Shown: positions 24,784-32,176 of the stretch, piece by piece | How positions within the stretch are numbered: the stretch's first letter is position 1 | Layout of the letters: each line of letters opens with the position of its first letter | Source: a virus | Length of the DNA stretch: 32,176 bases | Direction: 5' to 3' (one strand) | Virus genome (UHGV): UHGV-1443735 | Translations under genes and position numbers: made by a program | The notes under the pieces: model-generated | Databases searched by the model: none | What the model was told of the DNA's origin: nothing | The model's input: only the letters and a program-made list of their open reading frames with translations

Positions 24784-26037
24784 ATGGCTAACCAATTAGC
24801 AAAAGACCTTGAAATCATGTTCGAAAACTACGTTGAAGGCTTTGAGGCCGCCTGCGTAGTTTCCCGTAACGCTAAAAAATTCCGTCCCGGTGATACAGCA
24901 ATGCAGCGAGCAGGTGATGTTCTGTATCGTCCGCAGCATTACCACATGAACATTGAAGAAGGCCTCGATCTCAGCAGCAAAACGCCAACAGCACTGGTTC
25001 AGCGCCTTGTTCCTTCTGTGTTCAAGGAGCCGAAAAACATTCTGTACACTCTGGATGCGCGTGAAATGCGTGACCCGGAACATAAAACTGAAGCTGGTCG
25101 AGCCGCAGGTATGCGCCTTGCTGCACAGATTGACTCTGACCTGATTTCCATGGTCACGCAGCGTGCTACTAACGTGGTCGCAATTCCTGCCTCAGAAAAT
25201 GGCTCACGGGGCCTTGCCTTGTGGAATGGTGCGGCAGATATTGATGCCACCATGACGGCGATTGGTGTACCTCAGGGTATCAACCGTCGCTCTTTCTGGA
25301 ACCCCTTCAACTACAAAGACCTTGCTGGCGAGCTTGGTCACCGTGCCTACGCTCAGGGCGCAACCCTGACAGCATACGAAAAAGCGCAGATCCCTCCGGT
25401 TGCTTCCTTTGATAGCTACAAGACCGATATTTCTGGTCGATTACCGAAAGGAAGCGCTGAATCCTTGACAGTATCAGGCCAACCTGAACACAAGGTTGAA
25501 GCGAAAGATTCAAATGGTATGCCAGTTGATAACCGACAGGGGACTATTACGGTATCTGCATCTGGCTTGCAGGTTGGTGATGCGTTCACCATTGCCGGTG
25601 TGAATTCCGTACACCAGATCACAAAAGATACCACCGGGCAACCGCAGGTATTCCGTGTTCTGGCTGTTAGCGGAACTACCGTAACAATCTCTCCAAAGAT
25701 TCTCCCTGTTGAAAATACCGATGTTGCGAGTCGTCCATATGCAAACGTCGATGCCAAACCGGCAGAATCAGCAGCAATCACCATTCTCAACAAGAACGCA
25801 GCACCTGCTAACCTGTTCTGGGCTGATGGTTCTGTTGAGCTGATGTACGGCAAACTGGCGTTCCCGACTGGTCAGGGTCCACAGGTAATGACGGCAACCA
25901 CCGAGCAGGGCGCTACGCTGATCATGTCTTACGCCTTCGACCACATCAAAGGCGTAACCACTGCGCGTTTCACCACTCTGTACGGTTGCTCTGTACTGGT
26001 TCCTGAATATACGGGCATCGTTATTGCCTGGCAGTAA
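24784..26037 (+). CDS. major capsid (coat) protein, P22 gp5 family (417 aa)
   Basis: Position after the scaffold gene; segments similar to P22 coat (YANVDAK...ILNKNAAPANLFWAD); a strong terminator follows. Confidence 0.85.
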   Translation: MANQLAKDLEIMFENYVEGFEAACVVSRNAKKFRPGDTAMQRAGDVLYRPQHYHMNIEEGLDLSSKTPTALVQRLVPSVFKEPKNILYTLDAREMRDPEHKTEAGRAAGMRLAAQIDSDLISMVTQRATNVVAIPASENGSRGLALWNGAADIDATMTAIGVPQGINRRSFWNPFNYKDLAGELGHRAYAQGATLTAYEKAQIPPVASFDSYKTDISGRLPKGSAESLTVSGQPEHKVEAKDSNGMPVDNRQGTITVSASGLQVGDAFTIAGVNSVHQITKDTTGQPQVFRVLAVSGTTVTISPKILPVENTDVASRPYANVDAKPAESAAITILNKNAAPANLFWADGSVELMYGKLAFPTGQGPQVMTATTEQGATLIMSYAFDHIKGVTTARFTTLYGCSVLVPEYTGIVIAWQ

Positions 26038-26044
26038 TTTAGGT

Positions 26045-26067
26045 GGGGCTTCGGCCCCATTTTTATT
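26045..26067 (+). terminator. rho-independent terminator after the coat gene
   Basis: Stem GGGGC/GCCCC with UUCG-type tetraloop followed by ATTTTTATT. Confidence 0.75.
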
Positions 26068-26078
26068 GGGAGAAGACA

Positions 26079-26267
26079 ATGGCACGAACAATGCTCTATA
26101 AGCCGGGCAACATGATCACCTGTGGTCAGTTTGCTGTCGATTACATCATTGTTGATGACGAAGAAGTTAAATCTCACCTGAAAAAAGGCTGGGTAAAAAC
26201 TCCTGAAGAAACCGCAACGAAGCAAAAAGTGGCTAAGGCGGAAGAAGATGGCGAAAACGAAGGGTGA
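26079..26267 (+). CDS. small hypothetical protein (about 62 aa)
   Basis: ATG at 26079 with GGGAGAAG RBS; the ORF-track start at 26043 falls inside the terminator. Confidence 0.5.
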   Translation: MARTMLYKPGNMITCGQFAVDYIIVDDEEVKSHLKKGWVKTPEETATKQKVAKAEEDGENEG

Positions 26268-26709
26268 TCTCGTTCTTAAGGCTTTACGAAAAGCCGGGCT
26301 GTATTCCAATGCCACGTTGACAGATGCTGACCCTCAGGCAATTGAAGATGCCATTAATGACCTCGAAGACATGATGGCAGCATGGCAGGCAAAAGGTATC
26401 GAGCTTGGGTATCAGTTTGCTGATACAGAAAACGGCATCATGCCGTTACCTGACGATGATTCAGGTATCCCTGCATGGGCAAATGATGGCGTCGCTTTGA
26501 AACTCGCTGTGCAAGTGTGCATGGATAACGTCATTCAGCCGTCAGACGCTCTCCTTACCGCTGCTGACAGTGCATATCAGACAATCTGTATCGCTTTAAC
26601 CAAAATACCACCACTTGAGCGGCGAAATGACATGCCTCGCGGTAGTGGTAACAAAAGCGCGTTTACGTGGAATCGGTTTTACATCGAGAAAGATGATCCG
26701 AGTACGTGA
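26248..26709 (+). CDS. head completion protein (P22 gp4-like) (153 aa)
   Basis: ...KGDLVLKALRKAGLYSNATLTDADPQAIEDAINDLEDMMAAW... resembles P22 gp4. Confidence 0.8.
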   Translation: MAKTKGDLVLKALRKAGLYSNATLTDADPQAIEDAINDLEDMMAAWQAKGIELGYQFADTENGIMPLPDDDSGIPAWANDGVALKLAVQVCMDNVIQPSDALLTAADSAYQTICIALTKIPPLERRNDMPRGSGNKSAFTWNRFYIEKDDPST

Positions 26710-26718
26710 GGTGAATAA

Positions 26719-26823
26719 ATGCCGATTCAGCAACTTCCGCTTATGAAAGGTGTCGGCAAAGACTTTCGAAACGCCGACTATATCGACTATCTGCCAGTGA
26801 ATATGTTGGCAATTTTGATATAA
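26719..26823 (+). pseudogene. orphaned 5-prime fragment of gene 10 (34 codons then stop)
   Basis: ATG with GAGGTG RBS directly after the gp4 stop encodes [34 protein letters not shown]. This is a P22 gp10-like N-terminus, truncated where the endonuclease cassette begins. Confidence 0.7.
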
Positions 26824-26859
26824 TAAGTACATGAAAAATCGAAACTTTAAGGAGTAGAT

Positions 26860-27444
26860 ATGCTTTCTGAGAATGCTAAAGATATACCTGGATTTGAAGG
26901 TGTTTATGCCGTAACAGAAGATGGCAGGGTGCATTCTCACTCACGTGTTGTTAAGGCTGCGCATGGCAGCACGCAACTCAGAAAGGGGCGCTGGTTAAAG
27001 CCTAAAATAAATCAGGGAAGGGTGCTTTATAATATCGGAGCAAAATGGACTTTTGCCCATCGAATCGTTGCAATGACATTCCTGCCAAATCCTGAAAACA
27101 AGCCTCAGGTAAATCATATTGATGGCAATCCACTCAATAATAACGTCAATAATCTTGAGTGGTGCACTCAAAGCGAAAACATCAAACATGCATACGCCAC
27201 AGGATTAAAGAAACCAATCAAGTTTTTCGGAACCAAGCACCCAAAACACAAGTTGAGTGATGACGATGTTCTTGCAATCAAGTCATCAAAAGAAAGCTTG
27301 TCAGTAATTGCGGCTAAGTACGGGATATCTAAGACCTGGGCAAGTAGGCTAAAGCGTGATGCTAACTGGGTTCATATAAAGGTTGATTCCAATGGCAATA
27401 CAACAACTACCACTAATGAAGGGATTAGGGAAAAGTGCGGTTAA
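26860..27444 (+). CDS. HNH homing endonuclease (NUMOD4 plus HNH_3 type) inserted in the 5-prime end of gene 10
   Basis: AAGGAG RBS; NUMOD4-like IPGFEGVYAVTEDG, HNH motif NHIDGNPLNNNVNNLEW, C-terminal HTH-like region. AT-rich. Paralog-like to the endonuclease at 14122-14631. The last ~18 codons read through the restored gene 10 start in another frame, so the true C-terminus is uncertain. Confidence 0.8.
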   Translation: MLSENAKDIPGFEGVYAVTEDGRVHSHSRVVKAAHGSTQLRKGRWLKPKINQGRVLYNIGAKWTFAHRIVAMTFLPNPENKPQVNHIDGNPLNNNVNNLEWCTQSENIKHAYATGLKKPIKFFGTKHPKHKLSDDDVLAIKSSKESLSVIAAKYGISKTWASRLKRDANWVHIKVDSNGNTTTTTNEGIREKCG

Positions 27445-28810
27445 TGCTGATTATATAGACCAACTTCCAGTCAATCTTTTAGCTACGCCCAAGGAGGTGT
27501 TGAATTCATCGGGATATCTTCGCTCATTTCCGGGCATTGCCAAACGCTCTGATGTGAACGGCGTATCTCGCGGAGTCGAGTACAACATGGCGCAGAATGC
27601 TGTTTATCGCGTGTGTGGTGGCAAACTGTACAAAGGAGAAAGTGAAGTCGGTGACGTCGCCGGAAGTGGTCGCGTATCAATGGCGCATGGTCGGACATCT
27701 CAGGCTGTAGGCGTTAATGGTCAACTGGTCGAGTATCGCTATGATGGCACGGTTAAAACCGTCTCAAACTGGCCTACAGACAGCGGATTCACGCAGTATG
27801 AGTTAGGTTCGGTTCGTGACATTACTCGCTTACGTGGGCGTTATGCGTGGTCAAAAGACGGTACTGATTCATGGTTCATCACTGACCCTGAAGACGAATC
27901 GCATCCTGACCGCTACAGTGCACAATATCGTGCAGAATCGCAGCCGGACGGCATCATCGGCATCGGAACATGGCGAGACTTCATCGTCTGCTTTGGTTCA
28001 TCGACGATTGAATATTTCTCCCTGACTGGTGCAACCACCGTTGGTGCTGCTTTGTATGTCGCACAGCCATCGTTGATGGTGCAGAAAGGCATTGCAGGAA
28101 CCTACTGCAAAACGCAGTTTTCTGATTCGTATGCGTTCATCAGCAATCCGGCAACAGGTGCGCCGTCTGTTTACATCATCGGATCCGGTCAGGTGTCACC
28201 AATCGCCAGCGCGAGCATTGAGAAAATCCTCCGCTCCTACACCGCGGATGAACTGGCTGATGGCGTGATGGAGTCTCTGCGATTTGATGCGCATGAACTG
28301 CTGATTATCCATCTTCCGCGCCATGTCCTCGTGTACGACGCATCTTCAAGCGCCAATGGTCCGCAATGGTGCGTACTGAAAACAGGACTGTATGACGATG
28401 TGTACCGCGCTATCGACTTCATTTACGAAGGCAATCAGATAACGTGCGGCGATAAGCTGGAATCCGTGACCGGGAAATTGCAGTTCGATATCAGCAGCCA
28501 GTACGACAAGCAGCAGGAACACCTGCTGTTTACTCCGTTGTTCAAAGCGGATAACGCCAGAGTGTTCGACCTTGAGGTTGAGTCGTCAACTGGCGTTGCG
28601 CAGTATGCTGACCGCCTGTTCCTCTCTGCAACCACTGACGGCATCAATTACGGACGTGAGCAGATGATTGAGCAGAATGAACCGTTCGTTTACGACAAAC
28701 GCGTTTTGTGGAAGCGAGTCGGGCGCATCAGGAAAAATGTCGGCTTCAAATTGCGCGTTATCACGAAGTCACCTGTCACTCTTTCTGGCTGCCAGATAAG
28801 GATTGAGTAA
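27392..28810 (+). CDS. tail accessory protein (P22 gp10-like), restarted after the endonuclease cassette (about 472 aa)
   Basis: [49 protein letters not shown]... is a gp10-type N-terminus; its first ~30 codons are a recoded duplicate of the orphaned fragment at 26719-26823. Confidence 0.8.
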   Translation: MAIQQLPLMKGLGKSAVNADYIDQLPVNLLATPKEVLNSSGYLRSFPGIAKRSDVNGVSRGVEYNMAQNAVYRVCGGKLYKGESEVGDVAGSGRVSMAHGRTSQAVGVNGQLVEYRYDGTVKTVSNWPTDSGFTQYELGSVRDITRLRGRYAWSKDGTDSWFITDPEDESHPDRYSAQYRAESQPDGIIGIGTWRDFIVCFGSSTIEYFSLTGATTVGAALYVAQPSLMVQKGIAGTYCKTQFSDSYAFISNPATGAPSVYIIGSGQVSPIASASIEKILRSYTADELADGVMESLRFDAHELLIIHLPRHVLVYDASSSANGPQWCVLKTGLYDDVYRAIDFIYEGNQITCGDKLESVTGKLQFDISSQYDKQQEHLLFTPLFKADNARVFDLEVESSTGVAQYADRLFLSATTDGINYGREQMIEQNEPFVYDKRVLWKRVGRIRKNVGFKLRVITKSPVTLSGCQIRIE

Positions 28811-29511
28811 TGGCGGATTCATCACTGAATAATCCTGTCGCGGTTCAGGCTACGCGCCTTGATGCTTCAATTTTGCCACGCAATATCTTCTCGCAGTCGT
28901 ATCTGCTGTACGTTCTCGCGCAAGGTACTGATGTTGGTAACGTGGCGAACAAGGCCAATGAAGCAGGGCAGGGCGCTTATGATGCACAGGTCAGGAACGA
29001 TGAGCAGGATGTGATTCTGGTCGATCACGAAGAAAGAATTCGTCAGCTCCGCATTGAAGTAGATGACCATGAAATCCGTATTGCTGCGAATACTGCGGCA
29101 ATTGCAGCGCTGGATGTCAGACTAACCACGGCTGAAGGAGAAATAGTCACTTTACAGGCTGACGTCAGCGCTCTTGATGGCCGGGTTACGACTGCTGAGA
29201 GCAACATTTCTGCATTACAGGACGACTATGTATCGAAAACAGCCACTGCAACACAATCGCTGGCATCTCCCCTCAATGTAACAACATCCTATTCGGTCGG
29301 CGGCACCAAGGTTATTGGTGCTCGTCAGACAGGGTGGACAGCGGCTACAGGTACGGCTCTTCGCGGCTCATTCAACGCTAACCAGACATACACGGTAAGT
29401 GCCACATACACACGGTCTGAGGTGTCGGCTATGGCTACAGGATTGCAGCAGGCGCGGCAGCGTATCAAAGCTCTGGAAGATGCATTACGGACTCATGGGT
29501 TGATTGACTGA
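28810..29511 (+). CDS. tail needle protein (P22 gp26-like) (233 aa)
   Basis: [43 protein letters not shown]... followed by a trimeric coiled-coil region, matching P22 gp26. Confidence 0.85.
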   Translation: MADSSLNNPVAVQATRLDASILPRNIFSQSYLLYVLAQGTDVGNVANKANEAGQGAYDAQVRNDEQDVILVDHEERIRQLRIEVDDHEIRIAANTAAIAALDVRLTTAEGEIVTLQADVSALDGRVTTAESNISALQDDYVSKTATATQSLASPLNVTTSYSVGGTKVIGARQTGWTAATGTALRGSFNANQTYTVSATYTRSEVSAMATGLQQARQRIKALEDALRTHGLID

Positions 29512-29966
29512 TGATTACATTCAAACCAACGCGAAACATCGACCTGATAGAAGCAGTAGGAAATCACCCTGACATTATCGCCGGGAGCAACAACGGTGAT
29601 GGATACGACTACAAACCTGATTGCCGTTACTTTGAGGTGAACGTGCACGGGCAGTTCGGCGGCATTGTTTACTATCAGGAGATTCAGCCGCTGACATTCG
29701 ATTGCCACGCCATGTACCTGCCAGAGGTTCGTGGCTTCAGCAAGGAAATCGGGCTGGCGTTCTGGCGATACATTCTGACTAACACCACCGTTCAGTGCGT
29801 CACATCGTTCGCCGCACGCAAATTCCGCCACGGGCAGATTTACTGCGCAATGATTGGCCTTAAGCGTGTCGGAACCATCAAGAAATACTTTAAAGGCGTG
29901 GATGACGTGACTTTTTACAGCGCCACACGCGAAGAACTAATCGACTTCCTGAATCACGGGAGATAG
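29511..29966 (+). CDS. P22 gp14-like head/ejection-associated protein (151 aa)
   Basis: Position between the gp26-like and gp7-like genes in conserved P22 order; TGATG overlap with the upstream gene. Confidence 0.7.
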   Translation: MITFKPTRNIDLIEAVGNHPDIIAGSNNGDGYDYKPDCRYFEVNVHGQFGGIVYYQEIQPLTFDCHAMYLPEVRGFSKEIGLAFWRYILTNTTVQCVTSFAARKFRHGQIYCAMIGLKRVGTIKKYFKGVDDVTFYSATREELIDFLNHGR

Positions 29967-29968
29967 CC

Positions 29969-30661
29969 ATGTTATATGCATTTAAGCTGGGCAGAAAACT
30001 GCGCGGCGAGGAACCTTATTGCCCTGAAAAAGGCGGGAAAGGTGGCAGTTCTGATAAAAGCGCAAAGTATGCAGCAGAAGCCCAGAAGTATGCCGCAGAC
30101 CTGCAAAATCAGCAGTGGCAGACGATCATGAAAAACCTTGCTCCGTTCACGCCGCTTGCGGAGCAGTATGTTAACCAGCTTCAGAATCTTTCCAGTTTAG
30201 AAGGTCAGGGGCAGGCACTTAATCAGTATTACAATTCTCAGCAGTATAAAGACCTTGCAGGTCAGGCTCGTTACCAGAGTCTTGCTGCTGCGGAGGCGAC
30301 TGGCGGACTTGGTTCGACAGCTACAAGCAATCAACTGGCTACGATCGCGCCGACTCTCGGTCAGTCGTGGTTATCAAACCAGATGAGCAATTACAACAAT
30401 CTGGCAAACGTTGGGCTTGGTGCGCTGCAAGGTCAGGCAAACGCTGGGCAGACATACGCCAACAACATGAGCAGCATTGCACAGCAAAGTGCAGCACTTG
30501 CCGCTGCTAATGCCAATAAACCATCAAGTCTTCAGACTGCAATTAGCGGTGGCACGTCTGGTGCGATTGCCGGTGCAGGTCTTGCCAGTCTTTTGGGAAC
30601 ATCAACGCCTTGGGGCGCTGGCATTGGTGCTGGTATCGGATTGCTTGGCTCGTTGTTTTAA
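29969..30661 (+). CDS. ejection protein (P22 gp7-like) (230 aa)
   Basis: Gln/Ala-rich protein with a Gly-rich hydrophobic C-terminus, in the P22 gp7 position. Confidence 0.75.
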   Translation: MLYAFKLGRKLRGEEPYCPEKGGKGGSSDKSAKYAAEAQKYAADLQNQQWQTIMKNLAPFTPLAEQYVNQLQNLSSLEGQGQALNQYYNSQQYKDLAGQARYQSLAAAEATGGLGSTATSNQLATIAPTLGQSWLSNQMSNYNNLANVGLGALQGQANAGQTYANNMSSIAQQSAALAAANANKPSSLQTAISGGTSGAIAGAGLASLLGTSTPWGAGIGAGIGLLGSLF

Positions 30662-30670
30662 GGGGTAATC

Positions 30671-32059
30671 ATGGCTACTTGGCAAGGAACAAACGGCGGA
30701 TTGTTGGCTGGTATCGGCGGCGTCAACTCAAACGCTCCGAGCGTAAATGACATCGGCAATACGCTTCAGCTTATCAGGCAGAACAATGATATTGAGCGTT
30801 CAGGCGCTAACAATGTTGGGCTGACTGCTTTGCAAGGCCTTTCAGGTATTGCAGGGGTGTTTCAGCAGGAAAAGCAGGCTCAGCGGCAGAAAGAATTTCA
30901 GCAGGCGTACGCTAATGCTTATGCGTCTGGTGATCGCGGCGCTTTGCGTCAGTTGGCTACTCAATATCCAGACCAGATTGAATCCGTTCGTAAAGGCATG
31001 GGATTCATTGATGAAGACCAGCGTAATTCTATCGGCACCTTAGCGGCTGGCGCACGCCTTGCGTCATCGTCTCCAGAAGCAATGCAATCATGGCTGCAAA
31101 ACAACACCAAGGAACTGACTCGCGTCGGTGTTGACCCTAACAGCGTTGCTCAGATGTATCAGCAGAACCCTTCAGGATTTGGTGAGTTTGTTGATCACCT
31201 TGGAATGGCTGCTCTTGGTCCGATTGATTACTTCAATGTTCAGGACAAGATGGCTGGTCGTGAAATTGACCGAGGCAGGCTGGCAGAGACAATCCGCAGC
31301 AATCAGGCTGGCGAGGCGCTAACAGCACGAGGTCAGAACATCACGATGCGCGGTCAGGATTTATCTGCTTCTACTGCGCGACGCGGGCAGGATTTGGCAA
31401 TGCAGCGAGCGTCAACAAGAGGAACCGCTGGGAATGATGAGCGTACAGTTCAGTTATCAGATGGCAGAACTGTAACGGTAGGCGGGAAACTTCACGGCGC
31501 TGGGGCTAATGCGTTCTACGAAGGTATCGACAACGAGGGGAATATGGTTCGCGTCCCTGCTGGCTCTATTGCCGCTCCGGCTACATCGGCAGCAAGCGCG
31601 CAGAATTACGCAATGAAGAAAGATCTTGATGCAATTTCTGGTGCATCAATTGACGATCTTGGCTTCATGACTGGCATTACAGGCTCTTCAGGTTCTCCTG
31701 CTCTTGGTGCAGATATTCGTAGCCGTGCATCTGGTGGTGATCAGAGGAAACTATACAACGCTGCACAGCGAATCCAAGGAAAGATGCAGAATCAGGGCAT
31801 TGCAGCAGCCAGAGACATGGGGGCATCCGGTATCAACACCGTTGCAGAAGCAAAGCTGTATTTTCAAGGTATGCCACAGGTTGATTTCTCAAGCCCTGAA
31901 GCACTGCAACAATCAATGCGCGACATTCAGCAATATACCGACAATTACAACCAGCAATATAACGTTAATGTTGGTAAATCTCAGCGGCAGCAATCTCAAC
32001 CTACACAGGTATCACAGCCAGCAGCCAGCAGTAATTTTTCTTCACTATGGGGTGATTAA
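30671..32059 (+). CDS. ejection protein (P22 gp20-like) (462 aa)
   Basis: Large ORF in the P22 gp20 position, starting [17 protein letters not shown]. Confidence 0.75.
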   Translation: MATWQGTNGGLLAGIGGVNSNAPSVNDIGNTLQLIRQNNDIERSGANNVGLTALQGLSGIAGVFQQEKQAQRQKEFQQAYANAYASGDRGALRQLATQYPDQIESVRKGMGFIDEDQRNSIGTLAAGARLASSSPEAMQSWLQNNTKELTRVGVDPNSVAQMYQQNPSGFGEFVDHLGMAALGPIDYFNVQDKMAGREIDRGRLAETIRSNQAGEALTARGQNITMRGQDLSASTARRGQDLAMQRASTRGTAGNDERTVQLSDGRTVTVGGKLHGAGANAFYEGIDNEGNMVRVPAGSIAAPATSAASAQNYAMKKDLDAISGASIDDLGFMTGITGSSGSPALGADIRSRASGGDQRKLYNAAQRIQGKMQNQGIAAARDMGASGINTVAEAKLYFQGMPQVDFSSPEALQQSMRDIQQYTDNYNQQYNVNVGKSQRQQSQPTQVSQPAASSNFSSLWGD

Positions 32060-32176
32060 TGGCTAAAGCATGGAAAGATGTTATCGCCTCTCCACAGTAT
32101 CAGGCGTTAGCACCAGAACAAAAAGCGCAGGCTCAGGAGCAATACTTCAATGAAGTCGTGGCCCCGCAAGCCGGAG
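32059..32176 (+). CDS. ejection protein gp16-like, 5-prime partial (runs off the window)
   Basis: ATG overlaps the gp20-like stop (TAATG); the open frame continues to the window end; position fits P22 gene 16. Confidence 0.5.
   Translation, partial: MAKAWKDVIASPQYQALAPEQKAQAQEQYFNEVVAPQAG

Noticed and set aside
1-32176. CRISPR arrays, rRNA, integrase or attachment sites
   Set aside because: No spacer-repeat periodicity, rRNA-like sequence or integrase ORF was seen; the integration module is presumably outside the window to the left.

Overview
This window reads as a mosaic lambdoid prophage or phage segment from an enterobacterium (probably E. coli), covering the leftward early operon through the head and DNA-ejection genes. 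Calls are from reading the sequence and ORF track and from recalled protein families, with no database search run. Layout: (1) 1-8126, minus strand, pL operon: ASCH-like gene, tandem Ea22-like paralogs, a Sak4-type ATPase with an SSB-like partner, cIII and kil, a TolA-like charged-repeat protein, small and membrane proteins, and a lambda-type N with nutL. (2) 8430-9360, immunity region: a CI/C2-family repressor and an XRE-type Cro flanking six operator-like sites (consensus CACR-N3-YGTG) that are not lambda operators. (3) 9585-15928, plus strand: lambda-type nutR and cII, an HNH nuclease gene, an O-like initiator with internal iterons, a DnaC-like loader, nin-region genes (ninB, ninE, ninF, a NUMOD4/HNH homing endonuclease, DUF1364, rusA, ninH) and a Q-like antiterminator. 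(4) 15973-17706: lambda-type lysis cassette (S with dual start, R, Rz with embedded Rz1) bracketed by strong terminators. (5) 17822-19612: late accessory cluster including a KilA-N protein and an HslV/proteasome-like Ntn hydrolase. (6) 19618-32176: P22-like morphogenesis genes (terminase small and large, portal, scaffold, coat, gp4, gp10, gp26, gp14, gp7, gp20, start of gp16). The most notable points are a second homing-endonuclease cassette that splits gene 10 and supplies a recoded replacement 5-prime end, the stand-alone HslV-like peptidase, and a recombination scar downstream of N. No tRNA, rRNA or CRISPR array was seen.
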